Source of the DNA: an uncultured Parcubacteria group bacterium
GTDB taxonomy: Bacteria; Patescibacteriota; Patescibacteriia; UBA9934; CAMTUG01
Assembly: GCA_947084965.1 (NCBI GenBank)
Contig: CAMTUG010000004.1
Span: 23,490 to 87,489 of the forward strand
Direction of reading: 5' to 3'
DNA length: 64,000 nt
In this document: in pieces, positions 10,038 through 18,716 of the stretch
Position numbering within the stretch: the stretch's first letter is position 1
How the letters are laid out: each line of letters opens with the position of its first letter
Notes under the pieces: generated by a model
Told to the model about the DNA's origin: nothing
The model's input: the letters and a program-made list of their open reading frames with translations, nothing else
The model's database searches: none
Made by a program: the position numbers and the translations under genes

Positions 10038-10213
10038 TCCTCAGGGCAAATCTTCGCACACCTGTCCGTCGGTGCAGTATTTGAGCTTTGGGAGCTCGTA
10101 TCAGCCTCAGTTACTGCCTCCTGTGGCGCGCCAGAATCTCCTGTGACATGGTCGCAGGCTCCATTCGCCCATAACCCTCGCTTTGCGCTTTCGGCGTCAA
10201 ATTGGGACGTTTC
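10034..10213 (-). pseudogene. C-terminal remnant of a thermonuclease (SNase)-like gene
   Basis: Frame reads ...FDAESAKRGLWANGAC...; no start codon, in-frame stop immediately upstream. Confidence 0.45.
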
Positions 10214-10237
10214 TTAGTCCTGGGGATGTACATAGCA

Positions 10238-10489
10238 CTATGTCTTCATCGCACTGTAAATTGCGTCGCGTAGTTTCTCTTTATCACCGAGCTTTACAGG
10301 GATCTTATGTTTCTCGCCTCCGCTCGTTTCGATAACAACCTGGGCGTGGAGTGGAACGCCAAGTTCGATACTGGAGATGCGATGAATTGGAATAGATTTT
10401 TCTATGAAGAAAACCTTGTAGGAAACATGGGTGGAAAAAACCGTTGTCTTCGTCCCAAGGTAATTCGTTTCAAATAGCGCTTCAGCCAT
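10238..10489 (-). CDS. Small bacterial PH-domain-like protein
   Basis: 83 aa; EKSIPIHRISSIEL...VVIETSGG pattern. Confidence 0.6.
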   Translation of the reverse strand: MAEALFETNYLGTKTTVFSTHVSYKVFFIEKSIPIHRISSIELGVPLHAQVVIETSGGEKHKIPVKLGDKEKLRDAIYSAMKT

Positions 10490-10538
10490 ATGTGTTGTTG
10501 TGGTTTTGAATTAGGGCTGGATTTTGAGCAACGCAAAA

Positions 10539-10629
10539 GGTCGCCCGAGCCAGCGACGATTCTCTTTCGAAAACCGCCTCACGTCCTTTCGGAGCGTGAA
10601 CCACAACAACGAGGGCTGGTCAGACGACC
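10539..10629 (-). ncRNA. Structured RNA, C4/CI antisense-like three-way junction
   Basis: Outer stem GGTCGTCTGA.CCAGC/GCTGG.TCGGGCGACC, two GAAA-capped hairpins, unpaired GTTGTTGTGG complementary to two flanking sites. Confidence 0.7.
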
Positions 10630-10699
10630 AACAACGTTGTTGTGGATTTATTAGAGCCATGCCCATCATTATCTGATGGGTTTAGGCAATTGTGCTTGT

Positions 10700-10727
10700 A
10701 TTTTAACGTAAGGCACTGAAAAAGCAA
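10700..10727 (-). promoter_or_regulatory. Putative sigma70 promoter for the structured-RNA leader
   Basis: TTGCTT-16 bp-TAAAAT on the minus strand. Confidence 0.4.
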
Positions 10728-10813
10728 ACGCTATAGGCTGAATAAAGCCAAAAAATCTAGCATAAATTGCTTAATAGTGGCAGAATCAATAGGAAAAAGA
10801 ATGAAGAATAAGT

Positions 10814-11491
10814 ATGAAGGATGAGGACTTAGATTTGTCGGCAAAAGCAATAGAGCTTAATCGGCAGCAGTTTGTAGGCACCATTTGTCATTTCGAGGGT
10901 GAAAAAATCGCCCAGTGGCTTCGTGTTAAAAAGTTGGGGATCCCGCAAGAAGGTTTTGTTGATCAACACGCTGAAAACCGTTGGTTGAATCCAGTAGACC
11001 AGAATGTAGAAGAGGTAATGAGGAGACATCATCTTGTTGGGCGCGCTATCAAGGTATTGTTGGGTATTTTCAAACTCACAGATAATTACAGTGGAGCCGT
11101 ACGACATTTCCTACTCCAAAACAAAGTCGGACATATTCCAGGGAATTTTTCCATCGAGTACACGCCCGATAACGGTAAGATTAAAACCGAGTATCATGAC
11201 CTGCCAAAGACAGGAGAGAAGACGCTTGAAAACAAATTACGAGTTGAGGTTTTCAAACATCTGAAACCGAAGACTGTCGCTCGAAGAACAAGAAAAACTG
11301 CAGAGCGGGATAGCCGTGTTACCAGCCTCACGAAGACAAAAAAGAAAGGAACGCAGGTGGAAAGGGATTTTGGCATTGTGGCGGAACTGTATCCCGTGGG
11401 AACAGTGGACGATTTTTCAAAAAAAGCTGATACGAAGCGTGTACAGTTGATAAAAAAAGCCCGTGAAAGAGATAAAAAACGTTACAGTTAA
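10814..11491 (+). CDS. Hypothetical protein with basic C-terminus (possible DNA-binding regulator)
   Basis: 225-aa ORF, K/R-rich tail, first gene of the element core. Confidence 0.6.
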   Translation: MKDEDLDLSAKAIELNRQQFVGTICHFEGEKIAQWLRVKKLGIPQEGFVDQHAENRWLNPVDQNVEEVMRRHHLVGRAIKVLLGIFKLTDNYSGAVRHFLLQNKVGHIPGNFSIEYTPDNGKIKTEYHDLPKTGEKTLENKLRVEVFKHLKPKTVARRTRKTAERDSRVTSLTKTKKKGTQVERDFGIVAELYPVGTVDDFSKKADTKRVQLIKKARERDKKRYS

Positions 11492-11653
11492 TTTTCAAAA
11501 TTAGTGTCACCATTCAAGGAGCGCAAAGGGGTACCGTCGAGGTACCTTTTATGTTTGCGCCCGACGCCTCACAACAAACCTCCGAAGATCAGGTCGTCGA
11601 AGCATTCGCTGAGATGTTGTATATGGCTGCGCGTCAGGAGGTAAAAAATAAGT

Positions 11654-11902
11654 ATGAACACAATCCACAATCAGTTTCCGACAAGTAATTTCTACCTTGC
11701 CGCCTATCTGCTTTCGCACGAGATCAATATGATCAACTGCGAACGTGAACATGGCGGAAAGGTTACTTTTGTTTTTTCAGATTCTGAAAATCTACGCAAC
11801 CGCGTGACTGAATTTACATTCGAACGAAATGCGCTCGTGAGTGCATCCTCCTTTGTGAATTCGATCAAGAAGTTGAAATCCCTTTTGTACGACGGGATTT
11901 GA
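11654..11902 (+). CDS. DUF5659-like small protein
   Basis: TSNFYLAAYLL...KVTFVF...FVNSIKKLKSLLY pattern. Confidence 0.65.
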   Translation: MNTIHNQFPTSNFYLAAYLLSHEINMINCEREHGGKVTFVFSDSENLRNRVTEFTFERNALVSASSFVNSIKKLKSLLYDGI

Positions 11903-11929
11903 TGACAATCAAAGTATAAGAATAACCAT

Positions 11930-12538
11930 ATGGCGGAACGCCGAATGATACGCAAAGATCTTTGTGAGAATGATGCTTTCAATGATCTCACGATGCCCGC
12001 ACAAATTCTCTACATGATGCTGATTCTCCACGGCGATGATGAGGGTTGTTTCAGGGCGGATGCAAAGTACTGGAGTAGAACCGTTTTTTACACAAAGCGC
12101 CAGGGTCCATTTCGTGTAGAGCGAATGCTTGATGAACTGCGAGAAGCGAGACTAATCATCACGGGCGAAACAAAAAATGGTCCCGCTGGCTTCATTCTTG
12201 GGTGGTTTAACATGCAAACTCTCACCGCAAGCAAGAGTAAACCTAGCCAATTTTATGAACTTTTGGTTGCCCATGGAATAACTCCATGTTGGGGAATTCC
12301 TGCAGAAGAGAATGTAAGGAAAGAAAAGCAAAGTGAAGTGAATGAAGGTGGGGTGAGGTCGAATTCGCCAAGTCGTTTTCGAGAAGTTGCAGGTAAACAC
12401 AGGGACGAAAAAATCGCTAGATTACAGGCGGAAAAGAAAGCTGTAATGGAGGGAATGTCTATGGGGGCTATTTCAACTCCTAATGATTTCGATGAAATTA
12501 GCGAATATGCCGAAAATGACGTGCGAGAAGATACCTAA
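11930..12538 (+). CDS. Phage replisome-organizer-like replication protein
   Basis: MAERRMI.K, AQILY, HGDDEG N-terminal motifs. Confidence 0.7.
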   Translation: MAERRMIRKDLCENDAFNDLTMPAQILYMMLILHGDDEGCFRADAKYWSRTVFYTKRQGPFRVERMLDELREARLIITGETKNGPAGFILGWFNMQTLTASKSKPSQFYELLVAHGITPCWGIPAEENVRKEKQSEVNEGGVRSNSPSRFREVAGKHRDEKIARLQAEKKAVMEGMSMGAISTPNDFDEISEYAENDVREDT

Positions 12539-13001
12539 GGTTAGCACGCGGTACTTCCGACCGCGCATGAGAGGATCGATTCTCACGGATCAACGCCTTG
12601 CTTCTTTTACTCTAACATCAACGCCCTGCTATTTCGGAGGGCAACGGTATTGGTTCATTTGTACGGCGGATAAAGATGGAGAACCGTGTGGAAAGAGGGC
12701 TGGCGTCTTGTACTTAATAAACGACATATTCGCTTGCCGCCGATGCCACGATTTGGCATACGAGAGCCAGCAAAGGAATCACGTCGGCAGAAGAGCATTT
12801 TGTCGTAAGTATCGAGAAGGAGAAAAAAACATGGAACGATCTTTTATGGAGATGCGAATAAAACAATGGCGAGGGAACCCAACGAAGCGCTATCAGAAAT
12901 GGCTCATGCTCAGCGAGCGGCGCACACGCGATGCATCACGATTTCTGCTTGCAGAAATGTTAGTCATCGGATTCATTAAAAGTCGTCGTAAATCTCGCTG
13001 A
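12483..13001 (+). CDS. Zinc-finger hypothetical protein of genomic islands
   Basis: TPCYFGGQRYWFIC...C...LY...FACRRCHDLAYESQ; start uncertain. Confidence 0.65.
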   Translation: MISMKLANMPKMTCEKIPKVSTRYFRPRMRGSILTDQRLASFTLTSTPCYFGGQRYWFICTADKDGEPCGKRAGVLYLINDIFACRRCHDLAYESQQRNHVGRRAFCRKYREGEKNMERSFMEMRIKQWRGNPTKRYQKWLMLSERRTRDASRFLLAEMLVIGFIKSRRKSR

Positions 13002-13052
13002 AGTATGCAGGAACTTTTCATTTCTCCAGTTGCACGACATAATTCAAATGAT

Positions 13053-14645
13053 ATGGACAAAAAAGCACTTCTCTATCTTCGCGTTTCAACGGACAAACAG
13101 GCCGAAAAAGGTTTCAGCCTGCCAGCTCAAGAAGAGGCGTGTCGTACCTACGCAAAAACGCATGGTTTTTCTGTTGAACATGTTTACCGTGATGAGGGAG
13201 AATCTGCGCGCTCCGACGATCGGCCTCAACTGCAAGAGATGCTCGCTCGTTGCGACGAAGGTGACATTGCCGCGGTTATCGTCTACAAGCTCGATCGCTT
13301 TGCGCGCAACGTTTTCGATCACGTGCGGAATGCCGCTCGCATACGCATGAAGAAGGCCGAACTCCATTCTGTTACAGAAAATATAAGCGGTACACCCGAA
13401 GGAATGATGGTAGAAGCCATCCTTGCTAGCGTAGCGCAATTTTTTAGCGGTAACCTTGCCCGTGATGTACTCAAGGGCATGAACGAGCGAGCCAAACAGG
13501 GCATGTGCAACTCCAAGGCTCCGCCTGGCTACAAAAACATGCGGGAGATCATTAACGAAGATGTTGAGAGAAAATTCGTGATTCCTGACTCCAAAACTAA
13601 GGATTATGTGATTCAGGCGTTTGAAAAGTTCGCGACGGGCGGTTATACGGTGGCCGATCTTTGCGATTGGTTCTTTTCCGTTGGAATGGAGCAAAAAAAG
13701 AACAAAGGCAAGCCTCTCGCTATTTCAATGGTGAGTCGAATGTTGAGCAACAAATTCTACATCGGCATCACGCAATGGAATGGCATTGAGGCGGAAGGAG
13801 TACACGAGCCCATTATTTCCAAAGAACTATTCCAGCGTGTCCAACTTGTACTCAGCGACCGTATCCACGGAAGAAGCAGGAAGCGTAAAAACCTTTTCTT
13901 ATTACGCGGGCTCATGCAATGCGGCGAGTGCGGTGCAAACATCACTTATGAAAAGCAACTCACTTCATCGAAGCGGTTGATACCGTATTACCGTTGTTCA
14001 AAAAGGCAAGATAACCGAAAAGTCGATTGCACCCAATCATACGTAGACGCTAATTTTTTGGAGAAAGAAATTGCAAAAGCCGTAGAAGCCGCTCGTCTCC
14101 CCCGACACATTATTGTAAAAATCGAAAAGAAGCTCGCAGAGATTCACGAGCGGGAACAGGAGTCGGTTACTAGGGAGCGTAAGCAGATTCAAGCAAAAAT
14201 GAATCAGCTCAACGAAAAGGAACGTTCGCTGGTGAACAAGTATCTCGAAAATAAGCTGACCGAGGAAATCTACGAAACGATCCGAGAAGAAATCTCTTCA
14301 GAACGCATAAACTGCAAGGCAAGGCTCGAAGCAAACGAAAGCACGATCCAGGCGGCGATCCGCATCCTGGAACAAGCGGTTACCTTCACGCGCGACCTCC
14401 CAGTCGCCTATAAGCGCGCGCCAGACCCAATCAAGCGACGATTCCTGGCCATTCTCTTCAAAGAGATTGTGGTGAAGGATGGTGGCTTGTATAAGGTTGT
14501 ATTGAATGAGCCGCTCGACTATCTCTGCAAAGAGTTTGCCCAAAATAAAAACCTCCCCGTCAAATTCGACGGAGAAGCTTTTGGTGACCCCAAGGAGAAT
14601 CGAACTCCTATTTGGTGGATGAGAACCACCTGTCCTAACCGTTAG
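13053..14645 (+). CDS. Large serine recombinase (integrase)
   Basis: YLRVST catalytic Ser, DEGESA, YKLDRFAR, PPGY, HEPII, CGECG and YYRC zinc ribbon, coiled coil; 3' end runs antisense into tRNA-Glu. Confidence 0.95.
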   Translation: MDKKALLYLRVSTDKQAEKGFSLPAQEEACRTYAKTHGFSVEHVYRDEGESARSDDRPQLQEMLARCDEGDIAAVIVYKLDRFARNVFDHVRNAARIRMKKAELHSVTENISGTPEGMMVEAILASVAQFFSGNLARDVLKGMNERAKQGMCNSKAPPGYKNMREIINEDVERKFVIPDSKTKDYVIQAFEKFATGGYTVADLCDWFFSVGMEQKKNKGKPLAISMVSRMLSNKFYIGITQWNGIEAEGVHEPIISKELFQRVQLVLSDRIHGRSRKRKNLFLLRGLMQCGECGANITYEKQLTSSKRLIPYYRCSKRQDNRKVDCTQSYVDANFLEKEIAKAVEAARLPRHIIVKIEKKLAEIHEREQESVTRERKQIQAKMNQLNEKERSLVNKYLENKLTEEIYETIREEISSERINCKARLEANESTIQAAIRILEQAVTFTRDLPVAYKRAPDPIKRRFLAILFKEIVVKDGGLYKVVLNEPLDYLCKEFAQNKNLPVKFDGEAFGDPKENRTPIWWMRTTCPNR

Positions 14646-14656
14646 ACGATGGGGCC
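14582..14656 (-). tRNA. tRNA-Glu(CTC)
   Basis: GGCCCCATCGTCTAACGGTTAGGACA GGTGG-TT-CTC-AT-CCACC ...GTTCGATTC...GGGGTCACCA. Confidence 0.96.
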
Positions 14657-14747
14657 AAATGGTTTTCGCGACCGCTTTGGCGTCGCAACGGTAACATTTC
14701 AAAAGGGCCGAGTCAATAGATTTCGCGCTGTGGATGAGGCGAAACGG

Positions 14748-14776
14748 TTGACAAAGCCTTCCAAAAGCCCTATCTT
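14748..14776 (+). promoter_or_regulatory. Sigma70 promoter
   Basis: TTGACA-17 bp-TATCTT upstream of ATG 14811. Confidence 0.55.
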
Positions 14777-14810
14777 TTCCTCTCCCCTTCCGGGAGAAAA
14801 GAGAGGCCCC

Positions 14811-15500
14811 ATGTTCGCACTGATCATTTCGGCAGCCATGGCCACGGACCCCACGGAGCAGGTGCTCGACGAAGCGCCGCCGCCCGTGACCGAAGCGCCT
14901 GCGCCGCCGGTTCGACCGGTGCCGAGCGGGCTGTACGCCACCTTCCAGGGCGGGGTGATCGGCGGGCTCAACCACCCGCTCGTCGACACCTACACCGTGA
15001 CCGACCTCTTCACCGGCGAGCAGCGCGAGGTGACCGACATCCTGCGCGGGATCTTCCACGACGGCTTCAAGGTCAACATCGGACTTGTGAACCTGCGGGC
15101 GAACGGTGTCCGCTACGGCGCGCGTCTCGCCTTCTCCCTCCTCTCCGAGGGTGGGAGCTTCGGCAACTTCGACGTCATCGCCGCTGGGCTCGACCTGCGG
15201 CCGGAGATCCTCCTGACTCCGTTCCCGGGCAAGCCCCGGCTCGCGCTGATCGTGAGTCCCGTCTCCTGGCACGGGACCGGCACCTTCGCGAGCGCGGTTC
15301 GCTACCCTGGGCTCGGCGCCGAGTACGCGATCTCGGTCCTGCCGGATCAGCTCCCGCCGCTCACCGAAGTACACATCGGGGCCTTCGTGGCACTCGAGAA
15401 CGTCACCGCCACGACCGATAGCTCCGGACCGACGGTGAACCCCGGCTGGGTGGTGCAGACCTCCCTCACGATCGGCACAGCGGTGCACATGCCGGACTGA
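14811..15500 (+). CDS. Secreted hypothetical protein, beta-strand-rich, GC-rich
   Basis: Short signal MFALIISAAMA, Pro-rich linker, alternating hydrophobic strands; SD GAGAGG. Confidence 0.7.
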   Translation: MFALIISAAMATDPTEQVLDEAPPPVTEAPAPPVRPVPSGLYATFQGGVIGGLNHPLVDTYTVTDLFTGEQREVTDILRGIFHDGFKVNIGLVNLRANGVRYGARLAFSLLSEGGSFGNFDVIAAGLDLRPEILLTPFPGKPRLALIVSPVSWHGTGTFASAVRYPGLGAEYAISVLPDQLPPLTEVHIGAFVALENVTATTDSSGPTVNPGWVVQTSLTIGTAVHMPD

Positions 15501-15530
15501 ACCACGGTTCAACACTCTTCACTTCTCGCT

Positions 15531-15555
15531 CCCCGCTGGATCACTTCCAGCGGGG
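15531..15555 (+). terminator. 3' hairpin with TCACT loop (NCACT family)
   Basis: CCCCGCTGGA-TCACT-TCCAGCGGGG perfect 10-bp stem. Confidence 0.7.
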
Positions 15556-15574
15556 TTCGACGTTTAAAACGACG

Positions 15575-15603
15575 CGACCACGAGGGAGTGTCCCTCGCGG
15601 TCG
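15575..15603 (-). terminator. 3' hairpin with ACACT loop (NCACT family)
   Basis: CGACCGCGAGGG-ACACT-CCCTCGTGGTCG on the minus strand. Confidence 0.7.
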
Positions 15604-15624
15604 AACGTGGAATTCAGGGACGGG

Positions 15625-16020
15625 TCAGGAACGGAGACGAGCGATCTCTGCGCGAAGCGCTGCCTCGATCTCCGGCATCCCGATGGGCTTGTTCAGCCCG
15701 ATCACCCCCAGCTTGAGGAGCTCGCCTGGATGCAGCTCAGGAAAGGCGTGGACGTCCTGCCCATGAACGAGCAGGAAGGCGATCCTGCGCCTGACCAGCT
15801 CGTCGCGAAGTCGCGCGTGAATCTGCAGGCCAGATTCGCCCGGCAGCGTCTGGTCGCAGATGATCCCGACGATGTCCTCACCGAGGCACCGATCGAGGTC
15901 GGCTCCGGAGGAACCCGTCACGACCTCGTAGTTCCACATCGTGAAGATCTCGCGGTAGAGCGAGAGGATGAGCGGCTCATCCTCGATGATGCAGATCCGG
16001 CCCAATGTGTGCGTGGTCAT
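15625..16020 (-). CDS. Stand-alone response-regulator receiver (CheY-like), GC-rich
   Basis: IIEDE acidic pocket, IICDQTLPGESG phospho-Asp, NKP; start MTTHTLG with purine-rich SD. Confidence 0.8.
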   Translation of the reverse strand: MTTHTLGRICIIEDEPLILSLYREIFTMWNYEVVTGSSGADLDRCLGEDIVGIICDQTLPGESGLQIHARLRDELVRRRIAFLLVHGQDVHAFPELHPGELLKLGVIGLNKPIGMPEIEAALRAEIARLRS

Positions 16021-16093
16021 TGTCCTTCCCCCTTGGTTGTTCAGGACCGAGGATTTAACCACCTTTTCGGTGTTTGGCAAGAGTCGCCATGGC

Positions 16094-17068
16094 CTATGGT
16101 ATTTCCTCAAGGATCGGCTGACTCAAAACACTTTTAAAATCATAAGTTGTGAACGTCCAAACTCCATCGAGAACCTCGACCCCAACCGCGAGACCGCGCT
16201 GCGTCTCCTCTGAAAAGTATTGGTCGAAAATGAAATTCCCCAATGAGTAAAAAATCTGCACGCCGTTATAGATCTCAGACTCCTGCACCACGTGCGGATG
16301 ATGGCCGATGATCAGATCCGCGCCGGCATCAACCAACCGATGAGCCAGTTCCTGCTGAGTCAGATTGCTCCGCGTCTGATACTCCTCACCCCAGTGCACG
16401 TTGACGATAATCGGATCGTCCGATTCGGTTTCAAGCTGAGCGATCGTTTCAACCGCGGCATCAGCATCACTAAATGGGAACGTAACGTTGAACGAAGCGA
16501 AGATCATCGGGATTCCAGGAGCATCCGTTTTCAACACATGATCGAGGCCCATCTCGACCGCATGTCCTGAATGAAGAATCCCAACTTCGTCGAGAACGTG
16601 CAGCGTGTAGACATATGCCGCATGACCCTGGTCGAGGGTGTGATTGTTGGCGAGCGTCACTGCATCGAATCCGTGACGGGCCAAAAGCGGGCCGATCGTG
16701 TCAGAGAAGTTAAAACTCACGGAGTGATCCGGCGTCTGGGTGTGATCCTCAACGATCGGGCCTTCCAAATTTGCGTGAACGAAGTCATAGGCATCGATCA
16801 GTGACTGAATCTTTTCAAACGGATAGTCCTCCCCGTTCACCCGCATCAACGTCTCGACGTTCCGCCCAAGCATCATGTCACCGAAAAACAAAAGACGGAC
16901 CGGAACCGAAGGTGGTTCAGGTACGTCAGCCGCGAGCTGAAGTTGCGGTGTATCGATAATCATCGGCGCCGGTGCTGCGGTGCTCCGTGGCCAAAATGCA
17001 AAGACAGCCGCCGAAAGAGCGATGAACGCGGAAATACCGACGAGAACAATGAACGGTCGATGGGTCAT
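16094..17068 (-). CDS. CapA (PGA_cap) family metallophosphoesterase-like protein
   Basis: GDMMLGR, ANLEGP, LANNH.LD, HWGEEY, GHHPHV, YSLGNFIFDQ; N-terminal anchor. Confidence 0.92.
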   Translation of the reverse strand: MTHRPFIVLVGISAFIALSAAVFAFWPRSTAAPAPMIIDTPQLQLAADVPEPPSVPVRLLFFGDMMLGRNVETLMRVNGEDYPFEKIQSLIDAYDFVHANLEGPIVEDHTQTPDHSVSFNFSDTIGPLLARHGFDAVTLANNHTLDQGHAAYVYTLHVLDEVGILHSGHAVEMGLDHVLKTDAPGIPMIFASFNVTFPFSDADAAVETIAQLETESDDPIIVNVHWGEEYQTRSNLTQQELAHRLVDAGADLIIGHHPHVVQESEIYNGVQIFYSLGNFIFDQYFSEETQRGLAVGVEVLDGVWTFTTYDFKSVLSQPILEEIP

Positions 17069-17106
17069 AATGAAAAATTATAGCCCGTTGCGGCCCAAAA
17101 TGCGAA

Positions 17107-17133
17107 CGCGCCCTGGGAGTGACCCAAGGCGCG
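17107..17133 (-). terminator. 3' hairpin with TCACT loop (NCACT family)
   Basis: CGCGCCTTGGG-TCACT-CCCAGGGCGCG on the minus strand. Confidence 0.7.
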
Positions 17134-17143
17134 GGCGGGCGGA

Positions 17144-18604
17144 TTATTCGCCCGTGTCGTAGGCCGCCGTGTCGACGGAAGCCGTATCGATCGATCCCGT
17201 GTCGGTGGCAGTGTCCACCGTGTTCCAGTCCTCGAGGCGATCGAGAAGACGGTCGAACTCCTGCGCCACCTGCTCGACGCGCGGCTCGTAGAAGTCGATG
17301 ACGTCATCACACCTTGCATCGTCGCCGTCGCGCATCCATCCGTTCCCAACAAGCTTCAGACAGATCTCCGATGCGATCTCAGCCGGGTTGACCTCGGCGA
17401 TCGTGGCGAGGGTGTCGACGCCGGTCAGGAGTTCCTCCTCGCGGCAGGCGTGGTCGCGCTTGCACATCGAGGTCATCACCGACATGCCGTCGTAGCGAAC
17501 GCCCGTGTACCAGGGATGGTCCGCGGTGATGTCCACGCTGTAGAGGTACTGCGGGCCGAAGGCGACCGCGTTCGAGGACTGCACCACCACGCAGTTGTTG
17601 GTGTTCCGCTCACAGTCATCGCCCGCCCCGAGGAAGTAGGAGATGAACTTGTAGTCCCAGTAGGAACGCACGTCCCAGACCTCGCTGGCGCTCTCGAGCC
17701 AGCCGTCCCCAGAAGGAACAGCGTAGAGATCGGCGACCGACTGGGCGAAGGCGGTGTTGTCGCAGTCCTCACCGTCGATCGTCCACTGGCAGTCGACCTC
17801 GGAGAGGTTCTCGACCGTGTACTCGTTGATCCCTCCGACGTACTCCCAGGCCTGCACCGCTTCCGGGACTTCGCGCTCGAAGAACCCGGTCTTGTAGCGC
17901 TCGACCAGCGTGTAGACGGCCCAGACGCCGGAGTCGATCTCCGCATCCCAGAACGAGGTCTGGACGAGGACGTGGGTGGACTTGGGCGCCGGGAATCCGG
18001 AGGCACGGGCGATCGAGAGCGCGGTGTGCTCCCGCTGGATCCCGGACTCGGCCCCGCCGCCGTTCAGGCGGACTTTGGTGTAGCCACCCGGCAGGATCTG
18101 CCCTGCGACCTCTTCGTCGATGTTCATGGCGATGTTCGGGATCCCGAACGTCCCATCGTCGCGGGTGAAGTAGTCAAAGGAGGACTCCCCCGAGAGCCAG
18201 GCCTCGACGTTGACGAGCTTGACGCAGTCCTCGGTATCGAGGTTGATCACCCAGACCGCATCGAGCGTCGGCGCTCCGCTCTCCGCGCTCTCGAGATCGT
18301 AGACGTACCAGTCGTAGTCCATGTCCGAGGTCTCGTCGAGTTCTTCGGCCGTCTCCGCGTCGAAGTCAAGGTAGAAGGCGATGTTCGCGGCGTTGTCGAA
18401 GACGTCGTCCATCTCCGAGGCCGCCATCTCGTTGCAGACCGGCTCGTTCGAGCCGTCGGCACCGGGGACAACTTCGACCCCGGTGGTGTCCTCGCCGTCG
18501 TCGACCCCGGTGGTGTCCTCGAGGTAGTAGGTGTTGTAGACGTTCGTCACGTCGGGGACGCACCCCGCGAGAACGAGGGGGAGAAGGACAGGGCGGCAGT
18601 TCAT
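17144..18604 (-). CDS. CotH-kinase-like lipoprotein, very acidic, GC-rich
   Basis: Lipobox LAGC; GESSF, KVRLN, QRE..A, GFPAP, YTLVE, DD...NN motifs; DT repeats at both ends. Confidence 0.7.
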   Translation of the reverse strand: MNCRPVLLPLVLAGCVPDVTNVYNTYYLEDTTGVDDGEDTTGVEVVPGADGSNEPVCNEMAASEMDDVFDNAANIAFYLDFDAETAEELDETSDMDYDWYVYDLESAESGAPTLDAVWVINLDTEDCVKLVNVEAWLSGESSFDYFTRDDGTFGIPNIAMNIDEEVAGQILPGGYTKVRLNGGGAESGIQREHTALSIARASGFPAPKSTHVLVQTSFWDAEIDSGVWAVYTLVERYKTGFFEREVPEAVQAWEYVGGINEYTVENLSEVDCQWTIDGEDCDNTAFAQSVADLYAVPSGDGWLESASEVWDVRSYWDYKFISYFLGAGDDCERNTNNCVVVQSSNAVAFGPQYLYSVDITADHPWYTGVRYDGMSVMTSMCKRDHACREEELLTGVDTLATIAEVNPAEIASEICLKLVGNGWMRDGDDARCDDVIDFYEPRVEQVAQEFDRLLDRLEDWNTVDTATDTGSIDTASVDTAAYDTGE

Positions 18605-18716
18605 GGGTACTCCGTTTAGGGTCAACATGACCCTTTTTTGTCGTTAGGACAAACAAAAAAGGACCATTTTGAAAGGTTTATGTACCATCAAAAGGCCCTT
18701 CTGTCAATCGATGTTT

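Larger units (their letters stand above)
5956..14587. mobile_element. Integrative element (satellite/IME-like) at tRNA-Glu 3' end, with large serine recombinase
   Basis: TGGTGA at both ends; joined ends give inverted repeat AGCTTTTGGT-GA-ACCGAAAGCT; mostly AT-rich; rep-like and integrase genes. Confidence 0.8.

Noticed and set aside
14298-15515. 405-aa minus-strand ORF, and similar long antisense ORFs at 17450-18619 and 32871-34133
   Set aside because: Shadow frames of GC-rich genes; they overlap a tRNA or well-supported CDSs
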